Program-made: the position numbers and the translations under genes
Notes under the pieces: model-generated
Seen by the model: only the letters and a program-made list of their open reading frames with translations
The model's database searches: none
What the model was told of the DNA's origin: nothing
In this document: positions 28,489 to 36,929 of the stretch, piece by piece
Layout: the number at the start of each line of letters is the position of its first letter
Numbering within the stretch: the first letter of the stretch is position 1
DNA from: an uncultured Prevotellaceae bacterium
GTDB taxonomy: Bacteria > Bacteroidota > Bacteroidia > Bacteroidales > Bacteroidaceae
Length of the DNA: 64,000 nt
Assembly (NCBI GenBank): GCA_900317635.1
Contig: ONHN01000012.1
Location: 199-64,198, forward strand
Reading direction: 5' to 3'

Positions 28489-31014
28489 TTATGCGAAGCT
28501 TGCGCGGAGCGTATCGCCCTCTCTGACGATGCTGACCTTGCGCGGGTTCTGCAGATTGGCTGCGCTGGGGTCGGCCATCATGAGGTCGGCCACGGGGTCT
28601 TCCACGTAAGTCTGAATGGCACGCTTCAGCGAGCGAGCACCATACTGCGCATCGAAGCCTTCCTTCACGAGGAAGTCCCATGCCTCGTCCGCAAGTTGCA
28701 ACGTGAGGCCCAACTCCGTCAGGCGCTCTTGTAAAACGTCTATCTCGAGTTTCACAATGCGGCGGGCATCATCGCCCTTAAGGGGCTGGAACATGATGAT
28801 GTCGTCAAGGCGGTTGAGGAATTCGGGTGCAAACTGCTTTTGCAGGGCTTTGCGCACGATGCTCTCTGCCCGCGTAGCACTGAGCGCGCCCTCGTCGTCG
28901 GTGTGGAACCCTACCCCACCGCCAAACTCCTTCAGCTGGCGCGAACCGCTGTTGGACGTCATGATGATGATGGTGTTGCGGAAATCAACAGTCGTGCCGT
29001 TACCATCGGTCATACGGCCTTCGTCCATTACCTGCAAGAGCGTGTTGAAGACGTCGGGGTGAGCCTTTTCCACTTCGTCAAGCAGGATGACGCTGTAGGG
29101 GTGGCGGCGGACCTTCTCGGTGAGCTGGCCGCCTTCTTCGTAGCCCACATATCCTGGAGGCGCCCCCACAAGGCGACTCGTGCTGTACTTCTCGCCGTAT
29201 TCGCTCATATCGATGCGAATGAGGGCATCTTTGCGTCCGAACATCCACTCCGCCAGGCACTTCACGAGGTAGGTCTTACCAACGCCCGTAGGCCCCACGA
29301 AGAGGAACGTACCAACGGGGCGGTCGCCTCCTTTCAGTCCGAGGCGGTTGCGCGTAATGGCGCGCACCAGCTTGTCGATAGCAGCGTCTTGCGCCACGAC
29401 CTTGCTGCGTAGCGCGTCGTTCATGCCGCGCAGACGCATGCTCTCGTCTTCGGCCAGTCGCTGAACGGGCACACCGCTCATTTGCGACACAACGTCGGCT
29501 ATTTGCTCTGCATCAACCGTTTGCAGGTGTTCGCGCTGCGTGGCCAGCCATTCGGCGTTGCGGCGGTCAAGCTGTTCGCTGAGCTTTGCAATCTCGTCGC
29601 GCAGTTCGGTGGCCAGCTGATAGTTCTCCACTTTAGCCGCCTGCATCTTGCGTTCGCGCATGTCGGCCATGCGGTTTTCCATTTCTTCTATATCGGCCGG
29701 TACTTTCAGGCACGTAAGGTGTACGCGGCTACCGGCTTCGTCGAGGGCATCGATGGCCTTGTCGGGCAAGGAGCGCTCTGTGATGTACTTCTCTGTCAGG
29801 CGCACACAGGCTTGCAGGGCTTCGTCGGTGTAGCGCACGTTGTGGTGCTCCTCGTAGCGACTGCGTATGTTGCGAAGAATTTGCAGGGTTTCCTCGGTCG
29901 TTGTAGGTTCAAGCTGTATCTTTTGGAAACGGCGCTCAAGGGCACCGTCTTTCTCAATACTCTTGCGATATTCGTCGGTCGTCGTAGCTCCGATGCACTG
30001 CACCTCACCACGCGCCAAAGCTGGTTTCAAGATGTTGGCTGCATCCAGGCTACCTGCCGCGCCGCCCGCACCGATAATGGTGTGTATCTCGTCGATGAAG
30101 AGAACAATTTCGCGGTGGTCGCGCAATTCTTGTATGAGGCGGCGGAGGCGTTCCTCAAATTGTCCGCGATACTGCGTGCCAGCCACAATGGCAGCCATGT
30201 CAAGGGCCACAATGCGCTTGCCCATCAGCATGCGGGGCACCTTGCGCTGTGCAATGAGTTGTGCCAGGCCTTCAACAACGGCACTCTTGCCTACGCCAGG
30301 CTGACCGATGAGAATCGGATTGTTCTTCTTGCGGCGCGTAAGGATTTGCGCAATGCGCTGTATCTCTTGTTCGCGTCCAATGATGGGGTCGAGCGCCCCT
30401 TCGGTGGCGAGGCGTGTCAGGTCGGTGCCGAAGTTGTCGATAATCGGCGTCTCGCTTGTTTTGTCAGTCTCTTTCTTCTGTGTGGCGGCTGTGCCTCGGC
30501 CCGAAGGATATTCCTCGCCACTGTCGTCGTCCATAAGGCCAAAGCTGTCGCGCGTGGTTTGCTTCAAGTTCAGGCAAGAAGCTATCTTGTCGTAAGTGAG
30601 TCCCATTTCATACATTATTTTACGTGGCTCGCTGCTCTTATCGCGCAGCAGGGCGAGGAGCAGGTGTTCTTCGTCGGCTGTCTTCACGCCTGCCTGACGC
30701 GCTTCGAGCATCGTCAGGCGCAACAGGCGTTGGCCTTCGGGCGAGAAGACGTAGTGAGACGAGGAAGGGCCGAAAGTTGTGCTAACGTTCTGTGAGAGGT
30801 TTGAGTGGTTCTGTGCTTGTTCGTCGATGCGCTTACGCAGGTCGCTGGGCTCAATGCCTTGAGCAACGAGCAAACGGCAGGCACGTCCGTCTGGGTCCGA
30901 CAGCAAGCCGAGGGCTAAGCTGTAGATGTCGATGACGGATAGGCCTAAGCGATTTGCTTCCTCGCGACTGCGCGTAATCACTTTCGAGAGAGAGGCGGAA
31001 AGTTCGTAAGTCAT
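28489..31014 (-). CDS. clpC: ATP-dependent Clp protease ATP-binding subunit ClpC
   Basis: Clp N-domain, two AAA+ modules (GQPGVGKS, GPTGVGKT), UVR-type middle domain, GGVGF ClpP-binding loop. Confidence 0.93.
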   Translation of the reverse strand: MTYELSASLSKVITRSREEANRLGLSVIDIYSLALGLLSDPDGRACRLLVAQGIEPSDLRKRIDEQAQNHSNLSQNVSTTFGPSSSHYVFSPEGQRLLRLTMLEARQAGVKTADEEHLLLALLRDKSSEPRKIMYEMGLTYDKIASCLNLKQTTRDSFGLMDDDSGEEYPSGRGTAATQKKETDKTSETPIIDNFGTDLTRLATEGALDPIIGREQEIQRIAQILTRRKKNNPILIGQPGVGKSAVVEGLAQLIAQRKVPRMLMGKRIVALDMAAIVAGTQYRGQFEERLRRLIQELRDHREIVLFIDEIHTIIGAGGAAGSLDAANILKPALARGEVQCIGATTTDEYRKSIEKDGALERRFQKIQLEPTTTEETLQILRNIRSRYEEHHNVRYTDEALQACVRLTEKYITERSLPDKAIDALDEAGSRVHLTCLKVPADIEEMENRMADMRERKMQAAKVENYQLATELRDEIAKLSEQLDRRNAEWLATQREHLQTVDAEQIADVVSQMSGVPVQRLAEDESMRLRGMNDALRSKVVAQDAAIDKLVRAITRNRLGLKGGDRPVGTFLFVGPTGVGKTYLVKCLAEWMFGRKDALIRIDMSEYGEKYSTSRLVGAPPGYVGYEEGGQLTEKVRRHPYSVILLDEVEKAHPDVFNTLLQVMDEGRMTDGNGTTVDFRNTIIIMTSNSGSRQLKEFGGGVGFHTDDEGALSATRAESIVRKALQKQFAPEFLNRLDDIIMFQPLKGDDARRIVKLEIDVLQERLTELGLTLQLADEAWDFLVKEGFDAQYGARSLKRAIQTYVEDPVADLMMADPSAANLQNPRKVSIVREGDTLRASFA

Positions 31015-31236
31015 TCTTTATATTCTTCGTTGTGTTAATCGCCTTAAATTGTGCAAAAGCCGTGCCAAAACTAAGGAGCTTGTCAGGCATAGCTCAAATA
31101 TCAGCATAAGCTGCAGGGTTAATGAGTGGGTTGAAACACGAACTTTGCTTAGCAACCACCGCTTAAGCGTTGCTATGCTAACAGCAATGTTCGTGTATCA
31201 AACCAAGAGGATTAGGAGCGTTTGGGAAACACCCCT

Positions 31237-31908
31237 TTATTTGTTGCAACCAATCACCTTCCAGATGCAGGCTGCCAGTGCGCCACCTACGAAGGGACCT
31301 ACGATGAAGATCCAGAGGTTTTGCAGGGCCGTGCCGCCTTGGAAGACTGCGGGTGCAATGCTACGCGCGGGATTAACGCTCGTGCCCGTATAGCGTATGC
31401 AGGCCAGGTGGATAAGCACGAGGCTCAAGCCGATGGCCAGCCCAGCGAAGTTACCAGCACCTACCTTCTCGTCGGTCGTTCCCAGCACAACGAGCACAAA
31501 GACGCACGTAAAGACAATCTCGGCCACTAAGCCACCTATGACCGATACGCCTGCTTGCAGGTCGTTGGCACCCGTGCCTTCAAGGCCGCCCACGTTGCTC
31601 GTCAGCAGGTAGAGCAGACCGCTACCAATGAAAGCACCAATCACTTGAAACAGCATATACATGCCGCAGTCTTTAGCGCTGATGCGCCCACTGAGGAATG
31701 CGCCGAGGGTGATGGCGGGATTGATGTGGCAACCGCTGGTGCCACCAATGGTGTAGGCCATTGCCACAACGGCCAAGCCAAACGCCAAAGCGGTGCCTAC
31801 AACGGCGGGAATGTTGCTAACGGGGTCGCAACCCAAACTGACGGCTGTGCCGCAACCCAACAAAACGAGAACGGCTGTGCCGACCATTTCTGCTAAGTAC
31901 TTTTTCAT
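31237..31908 (-). CDS. aqpZ: Aquaporin (MIP family, AqpZ-like)
   Basis: MKKYLAEMVGT; two NPA motifs (GCHINPAIT, TSVNPARS). Confidence 0.88.
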   Translation of the reverse strand: MKKYLAEMVGTAVLVLLGCGTAVSLGCDPVSNIPAVVGTALAFGLAVVAMAYTIGGTSGCHINPAITLGAFLSGRISAKDCGMYMLFQVIGAFIGSGLLYLLTSNVGGLEGTGANDLQAGVSVIGGLVAEIVFTCVFVLVVLGTTDEKVGAGNFAGLAIGLSLVLIHLACIRYTGTSVNPARSIAPAVFQGGTALQNLWIFIVGPFVGGALAACIWKVIGCNK

Positions 31909-32136
31909 ACGGATTTGATAGTTTAATGAATAGGATAGCTGATGTAATAAACGTTTCTTCACTGCAAAGATAAGCAAAGCTTCCGACAAAAAGAAATTCT
32001 CTGCAAAACTTCTTTTGTGCAATACATATATATTATGTACGCGCGCGCGCGAAACAAGGAGAGAGGAAAGAAACTTTGCATTGCCAAGAATTATTTGTAC
32101 ATTTGCCTGACACGCCTTAAAAAAACGTTCTGACCG

Positions 32137-32937
32137 ATGAACTCTATTATTACAGCCAACACGCTCGTAGGCATGGGCGATGCACGGTATGCCGACTATC
32201 TTTGCCACGCTTATTGTTCGAAAGGGACATGTACCTTCTCTCGCGGCGACGAGAAGTTTCAGCTCTGTGCGGGCGACTGCCTCATCGTGCCACGTCGGGC
32301 CGACATGTACCAGCAAATAGAAGAAAGTGCGGACCTTGAGGTGGATGTTATCTACATCACACAAGCCTTCATCGAAACGGCCACACCGCCCAGCAACTAC
32401 GGCATGCGCGGCCACCTCTGGCTCTTTGCCAACCCCGTCATGCACCTCACGCCGCCCATGCAGCAGCGGTGCGCTCGCAACTTCAAGGATATTCGCGAAC
32501 GGTTGGAACAAGAGGCGCACCACTTTCAGCGCGATGTACTCGTGTGTGCGGTGCAGACGATGATACTCGACTTCTTCGACTTCCACGCCACGCTGTACGG
32601 CTTCGACCGCATCACGGTGGGTCAGCACTACGTCATGGAGCAATTCCTCGCATTGCTGGAACGTGGCGACTACCGCCGCAACCGCGACGTGGGCTACTAT
32701 GCCGCCCAACTTTGCATCACGCCCAAACACTTGAGCGAGGTTTGCAAAAAAGCCAGCGGCTTGCCCGCCGCCTACTGGATTACGCGCTACACGGCGCTCG
32801 ACATCAGCCGCCAACTTCGCGACCGCCGCCTCTCGCTCGCCGACATTGCCGATAGCTTCGGTTTCTCTTCCCCTGCCCACTTTAGCCGCTACGTGCAAAA
32901 CAACTTGGGTGCTAAGCCCAGCGATTTTCGCGAATAG
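32137..32937 (+). CDS. AraC family transcriptional regulator
   Basis: Cupin-like N-terminus; RDVGYYAAQLCITPKHLSEV...IADSFGFSSPAHFSRY. Confidence 0.92.
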   Translation: MNSIITANTLVGMGDARYADYLCHAYCSKGTCTFSRGDEKFQLCAGDCLIVPRRADMYQQIEESADLEVDVIYITQAFIETATPPSNYGMRGHLWLFANPVMHLTPPMQQRCARNFKDIRERLEQEAHHFQRDVLVCAVQTMILDFFDFHATLYGFDRITVGQHYVMEQFLALLERGDYRRNRDVGYYAAQLCITPKHLSEVCKKASGLPAAYWITRYTALDISRQLRDRRLSLADIADSFGFSSPAHFSRYVQNNLGAKPSDFRE

Positions 32938-32952
32938 CTGACCGCTTTCGCC

Positions 32953-33014
32953 AAATTTGGTAAAAAGTGCCGTAAAATGTGTAACGAAGCATCCTGAAAC
33001 TTGCCGTAACTTTG
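32953..33014 (+). promoter_or_regulatory. Promoter with putative tandem AraC sites
   Basis: AAATTTGGTAA (32953) and AAAATGTGTAA (32974), 21 bp apart, then -7 box TAACTTTG at 33007. Confidence 0.5.
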
Positions 33015-33044
33015 CAGCGTCAAATCAAAAATTATGATCAAGCT

Positions 33045-33485
33045 ATGGATTTCAGACTTCAAGACCGCGCAGAGTTGAAAGCGTTAGTGGACTTCTACGC
33101 CACTGAAAGCGACAAGAACAACCAAGACTGCTACGTAGAAATCTTCCGTCCCGACATCAAACTCGATGTTTATTTTGGCGAAACCTTAGGCATGCAAGCC
33201 CGCGATGTGCACGATATGATACGCCAATATAAGGCTTTTGGTGCCGCCAAGGTTTCGTTCCACATGAATGGTCAACAAAATGTTGACTTCATTGACGATA
33301 CGCACGCCACAGGCACGTGCTACGCGTTGGCTACGCTCGTTACTGAAGAAGACGGAAAAGACAAGCTAACGGTGCATGCCGTACGTTACTACGACAAATA
33401 CGTAAAGATTGACGGACGTTGGTGGATTAGCGAGCGCGAACAACACTTCGAATGGTCTGCGCTGCCCTCTTTGGTTACCCAATAG
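33045..33485 (+). CDS. NTF2/SnoaL-like protein
   Basis: LQDRAELKALVDFYA...SFHMNGQQNVDF...ATGTCY...RYYDKYVKIDGRWWISER. Confidence 0.85.
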   Translation: MDFRLQDRAELKALVDFYATESDKNNQDCYVEIFRPDIKLDVYFGETLGMQARDVHDMIRQYKAFGAAKVSFHMNGQQNVDFIDDTHATGTCYALATLVTEEDGKDKLTVHAVRYYDKYVKIDGRWWISEREQHFEWSALPSLVTQ

Positions 33486-33489
33486 CGCA

Positions 33490-33858
33490 ATGACCGACAA
33501 AGAGGCTATAGAAGCAACATACAAAAGGATGTATGAAGCCATGGTGGCCAAAGACACGGCCACCTTGCTTTCACTCCATGCACCCGAGTTTGTCCTCACC
33601 CACATGACGGGCATGCAGCAATCGCGCTACCAGTTTGTTGAGGCTATTGCAAAAGGTTCGCTCAACTACTTCAGCGTTCAACACGAGGCAATGCGTATTA
33701 ACGTTAACGGCCACCACGCCACGTTGCAAGGGCGCAGCCATGTTGAGGCAGCCGTGTTTGGCGGCACACGCCACACTTGGCCACTACTGCTTCTTCTTAC
33801 GCTAGAAAAAAGGAACGGCGTGTGGATGTTTACCTCGTCGAAAGCGTCAACGTTTTAA
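33490..33858 (+). CDS. NTF2-like (DUF4440-type) protein
   Basis: MYEAMVAKD...FVLTHMTG...LNYFS...AAVFGG...W...NGVW. Confidence 0.8.
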   Translation: MTDKEAIEATYKRMYEAMVAKDTATLLSLHAPEFVLTHMTGMQQSRYQFVEAIAKGSLNYFSVQHEAMRINVNGHHATLQGRSHVEAAVFGGTRHTWPLLLLLTLEKRNGVWMFTSSKASTF

Positions 33859-33875
33859 TTTCCAAAGTTTACGCC

Positions 33876-33924
33876 TGACAAGTTTGGCTACGCCGACGAA
33901 CAAGCACTATTGCAACTCGTCACT
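33876..33924. repeat. Family A element, core with eroded arms
   Basis: TGACAAGT-TT-GGCTACGCCGACGAACAAGCACTATTGCAACT-CGTCACT. Confidence 0.75.
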
Positions 33925-33956
33925 GACCGAGAAGAAGAATTTAACGACTAAGCATC

Positions 33957-34790
33957 ATGAAGAAAGTTGTAGTATTAGTAGGTGCTGGCAGCATCGGCAT
34001 AGCCATCGCACGACGTGTGGCAGCAGGCAAACGCCTGATAATTGCCGACTACAGCGAGGATAATGCCATGCAGGCAGCTCGGACGTTGGCCAATGCTGGC
34101 TTCGACTGCATCACGGCCCAATGCGACCTTGGCAGCAAGGACGACATCCAACGTTTGGCAGCGTTGGCAGCAAAAGAGGGCGAGGTATTACATCTCATCA
34201 ATGCGGCTGGCGTTTCGCCTTCACAGGCTCCTGTCGGGCGCATCCTGCAAGTTGACCTCTACGGCACAAGTGTGCTCCTTGAAGAAGTTGGAAAGGTGAT
34301 AGCTGAAGGGGGTAGCGGTGTCATTATCTCCTCCCAAAGCGGCCATCGCCTTCCAGCCTTACCTGAAGAAGAGAACGTTGCATTAGCCACCACGCCCTGC
34401 GAGGAGCTCCTCAACTTACCATTCCTAAGCCGTATTACCGACACGCTGAAAGCCTATCAGTACTCCAAGCGGTGCAACGCTTTGCGTGTCATGATGGAAG
34501 CTACGCGTTGGGGACGACGCGGAGCCACCATCAACAGCATTTCGCCTGGCATTATCATCACGCCGCTTGCCGCCGACGAACTTCGCGGTCCGCGAAAAGA
34601 GGGCTACCTGAAAATGATAGAAGGCATGCCCGCTCGCCGTGCTGGCACGCCCGACGAAGTGGGAGACCTGGCCGAATTTCTCTTGTCGTCAAGGGGCCGC
34701 TTCATTAGCGGTGCCGATTTGCTCATTGACGGCGGATGTACCGCCTCCTACTGGTACGGCGACTTGCAATACCTCAAAACAACACACTAA
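33957..34790 (+). CDS. Short-chain dehydrogenase/reductase
   Basis: GAGSIG, NAAGVSP, ISSQSG, YQYSK (YxxxK), INSISPG, GADLLIDGG. Confidence 0.92.
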   Translation: MKKVVVLVGAGSIGIAIARRVAAGKRLIIADYSEDNAMQAARTLANAGFDCITAQCDLGSKDDIQRLAALAAKEGEVLHLINAAGVSPSQAPVGRILQVDLYGTSVLLEEVGKVIAEGGSGVIISSQSGHRLPALPEEENVALATTPCEELLNLPFLSRITDTLKAYQYSKRCNALRVMMEATRWGRRGATINSISPGIIITPLAADELRGPRKEGYLKMIEGMPARRAGTPDEVGDLAEFLLSSRGRFISGADLLIDGGCTASYWYGDLQYLKTTH

Positions 34791-34798
34791 ATTTCATT

Positions 34799-35326
34799 AT
34801 GGAAGCATTCAAAGTTGACCCGCGCAAGAATTCGCCCGAAGAACTTGCTAAGGGCATGAAGCAAGCCCAACTCGTGTTTAAGCTCAACCATACCATGCCC
34901 TACACACCCGAGTATGATGCCCTGGTGCAAGAACTCTTTGCTGGTAAGATTGGCAAAGGCAGCCACGTGATGCCTGGCCTCACCTGCATTTGTGCCGACC
35001 AAGTGGAGATAGGCAAAAACGTGATGGTCATGAACAACTGCTTGATGATGTCGCGCGGCGGCATAACGATTGAAGACGATGTTCTCATCGCTGCCAACGT
35101 GCAACTCATCTCCAACAACCACGACCTGCACGACCGCGCCGTGCTCCTCTGCAAACCCGTGCGCATCTGTCGCAAAGCTTGGATCGGAGCTGGAGCCACC
35201 ATCTTGCCAGGCGTGACGGTAGGCGAAAATGCCGTTGTCGGCGCAGGGGCCGTCGTGACAAAGGACGTGGCACCTAACACCATCGTTGGCGGCAATCCTG
35301 CTAAGTTTATCAAAAATGTGGAATAA
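34799..35326 (+). CDS. Hexapeptide-repeat sugar O-acetyltransferase (Maa/LacA-like)
   Basis: GGITIEDDVLIA...WIGAGATILPGVTVGENAVVGAGAVVTKDV...GNPAK. Confidence 0.9.
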   Translation: MEAFKVDPRKNSPEELAKGMKQAQLVFKLNHTMPYTPEYDALVQELFAGKIGKGSHVMPGLTCICADQVEIGKNVMVMNNCLMMSRGGITIEDDVLIAANVQLISNNHDLHDRAVLLCKPVRICRKAWIGAGATILPGVTVGENAVVGAGAVVTKDVAPNTIVGGNPAKFIKNVE

Positions 35327-35347
35327 GCTCTAAACGCGTTAAACAAC

Positions 35348-35950
35348 ATGAAAGCAAAATCCATTCTCACAGCCGCCCTCGCCCTGCTTTGCACGGCGTG
35401 CACGGCGCAAACTCCTCAACAACAAACCGAACAAACCACTATGAACAAACAAGGAAAAACGCTCATCGTCTTCTTCTCCCACGCCGGCGAGAACTATGCC
35501 GTAGGCAACATTGAGGTGGGCAATACGAAAATCGTGGCCGACTACATCAGCGAGGCCACGGGTGCCGAACAATTCGAAATCGTTTGCGAAAAGGACTACG
35601 ATATGCCCTACATGAAGCTCATCGAAGTGGCTAAGGCCGAAACCAACAGTGGCGAACTGCCCGCCTACAAGGGCGATGTGGACTGCACGCCCTACGACAC
35701 CATCTTCATTGGCGGACCCATTTGGTGGGGCACGTACCCGCAAGTGATGTTCACCTTCTTCCGCGACCACGACCTTTCGGGCAAAACCATCGTACCCTTT
35801 GTCACCCACGAAGGCTCTGGCCTCGCCTCCACCGTCAGCGACCTGAAAAAGGCCTACCCCAATGCCAACGTCCTGCCGGGCTTTGCCATGTACGGCCACG
35901 ATGTGCGCACGAATAAAGAGAAAGTCATCAAATGGCTCAATAGCTTGTAA
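35348..35950 (+). CDS. Flavodoxin with N-terminal signal/lipoprotein-like leader
   Basis: LIVFFSHAGENY...GNT, GGPIWWGT, FVTHEGSG; leader MKAKSILTAALALLCTAC. Confidence 0.88.
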   Translation: MKAKSILTAALALLCTACTAQTPQQQTEQTTMNKQGKTLIVFFSHAGENYAVGNIEVGNTKIVADYISEATGAEQFEIVCEKDYDMPYMKLIEVAKAETNSGELPAYKGDVDCTPYDTIFIGGPIWWGTYPQVMFTFFRDHDLSGKTIVPFVTHEGSGLASTVSDLKKAYPNANVLPGFAMYGHDVRTNKEKVIKWLNSL

Positions 35951-35992
35951 GACGTTAGAGCCTTCCTATAACCTCCAATAACCGAGCACCCT

Positions 35993-36838
35993 ATGGAAAC
36001 CATCAAACTTAGTAACGGCGTTGAAATGCCCCTTTTGGGCTACGGCGTTTTCCTTGTCAGCCCCGAGGAATGCGAGCGATGCGTGAGCGATGCGCTCAGC
36101 GTGGGCTACCGTCTCATCGACACCGCCCAGGCCTACCAAAACGAAGAGGGCGTAGGCAAGGCCTGGCGCAAGAGCGGCATCAGCCGCGAGGAACTTTTCC
36201 TCACAACGAAAGTGTGGATTAGCAACGCGGGCGAAGAACGTGCGTACGCCAGCATCGACGAGAGTTTGCAGAAACTGCAAACAGACTACATCGACCTGCT
36301 GCTCATCCACCAAGCCTACGGCGACGTCTTTGGCTCATGGCGAGCCATGGAACGCGCCTACCGCGAAGGAAAAGTGCGTGCTATCGGCGTTAGCAACTTC
36401 CAAGCTGCCCGCTTCTTCGACTTCAGCCACTATGTGGACACGAAACCCATGGTCAATCAACTGCAATGCAACGCACTCATCCAGCAAACGGGCATCGAAC
36501 CCCTCCTCGCTGAAACCCAGACACGCATGATGGCGTGGGGGCCACTGGGCGGACAAGGCGTTGAAGGCATTGTGAAGAGCGAACTGCTTGCCAACATCGG
36601 CTCTCGCTATGATAAGAGTGCAGCACAAGTGGCCCTTCGCTGGTTGACGCAACGGGGCATCGTGGCCATACCGAAAAGCTCGCACAAAGAGCGTATGGCT
36701 CAAAACCTCAACATCTTCGATTTTCGCTTGACGAACGAAGAGATGCAACAAATTGCCACGCTCAATCAACACGACACGGGCACCGTCAACTTTGCCGACC
36801 CGCAGTTCGTGAAATACCTTATCCAAAACTACGGATAA
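35993..36838 (+). CDS. Aldo/keto reductase
   Basis: GYRLIDTAQAY, LTTKVW, DLLLIHQ, IGVSNF, IPKS motifs. Confidence 0.93.
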   Translation: METIKLSNGVEMPLLGYGVFLVSPEECERCVSDALSVGYRLIDTAQAYQNEEGVGKAWRKSGISREELFLTTKVWISNAGEERAYASIDESLQKLQTDYIDLLLIHQAYGDVFGSWRAMERAYREGKVRAIGVSNFQAARFFDFSHYVDTKPMVNQLQCNALIQQTGIEPLLAETQTRMMAWGPLGGQGVEGIVKSELLANIGSRYDKSAAQVALRWLTQRGIVAIPKSSHKERMAQNLNIFDFRLTNEEMQQIATLNQHDTGTVNFADPQFVKYLIQNYG

Positions 36839-36929
36839 GCACCGCCCTAACAAACCTCCAAACACCGTAACCGCCGCATCGAAATCCCTTCGAGCGGCGG
36901 CTACTATATACATGTTTAACTAACCAAAT

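Noticed and set aside
33012-33858. Overlapping NTF2 ORFs as a programmed frameshift or pseudogene
   Set aside because: With ATG starts at 33045 and 33490 they are two complete, non-overlapping single-domain genes.
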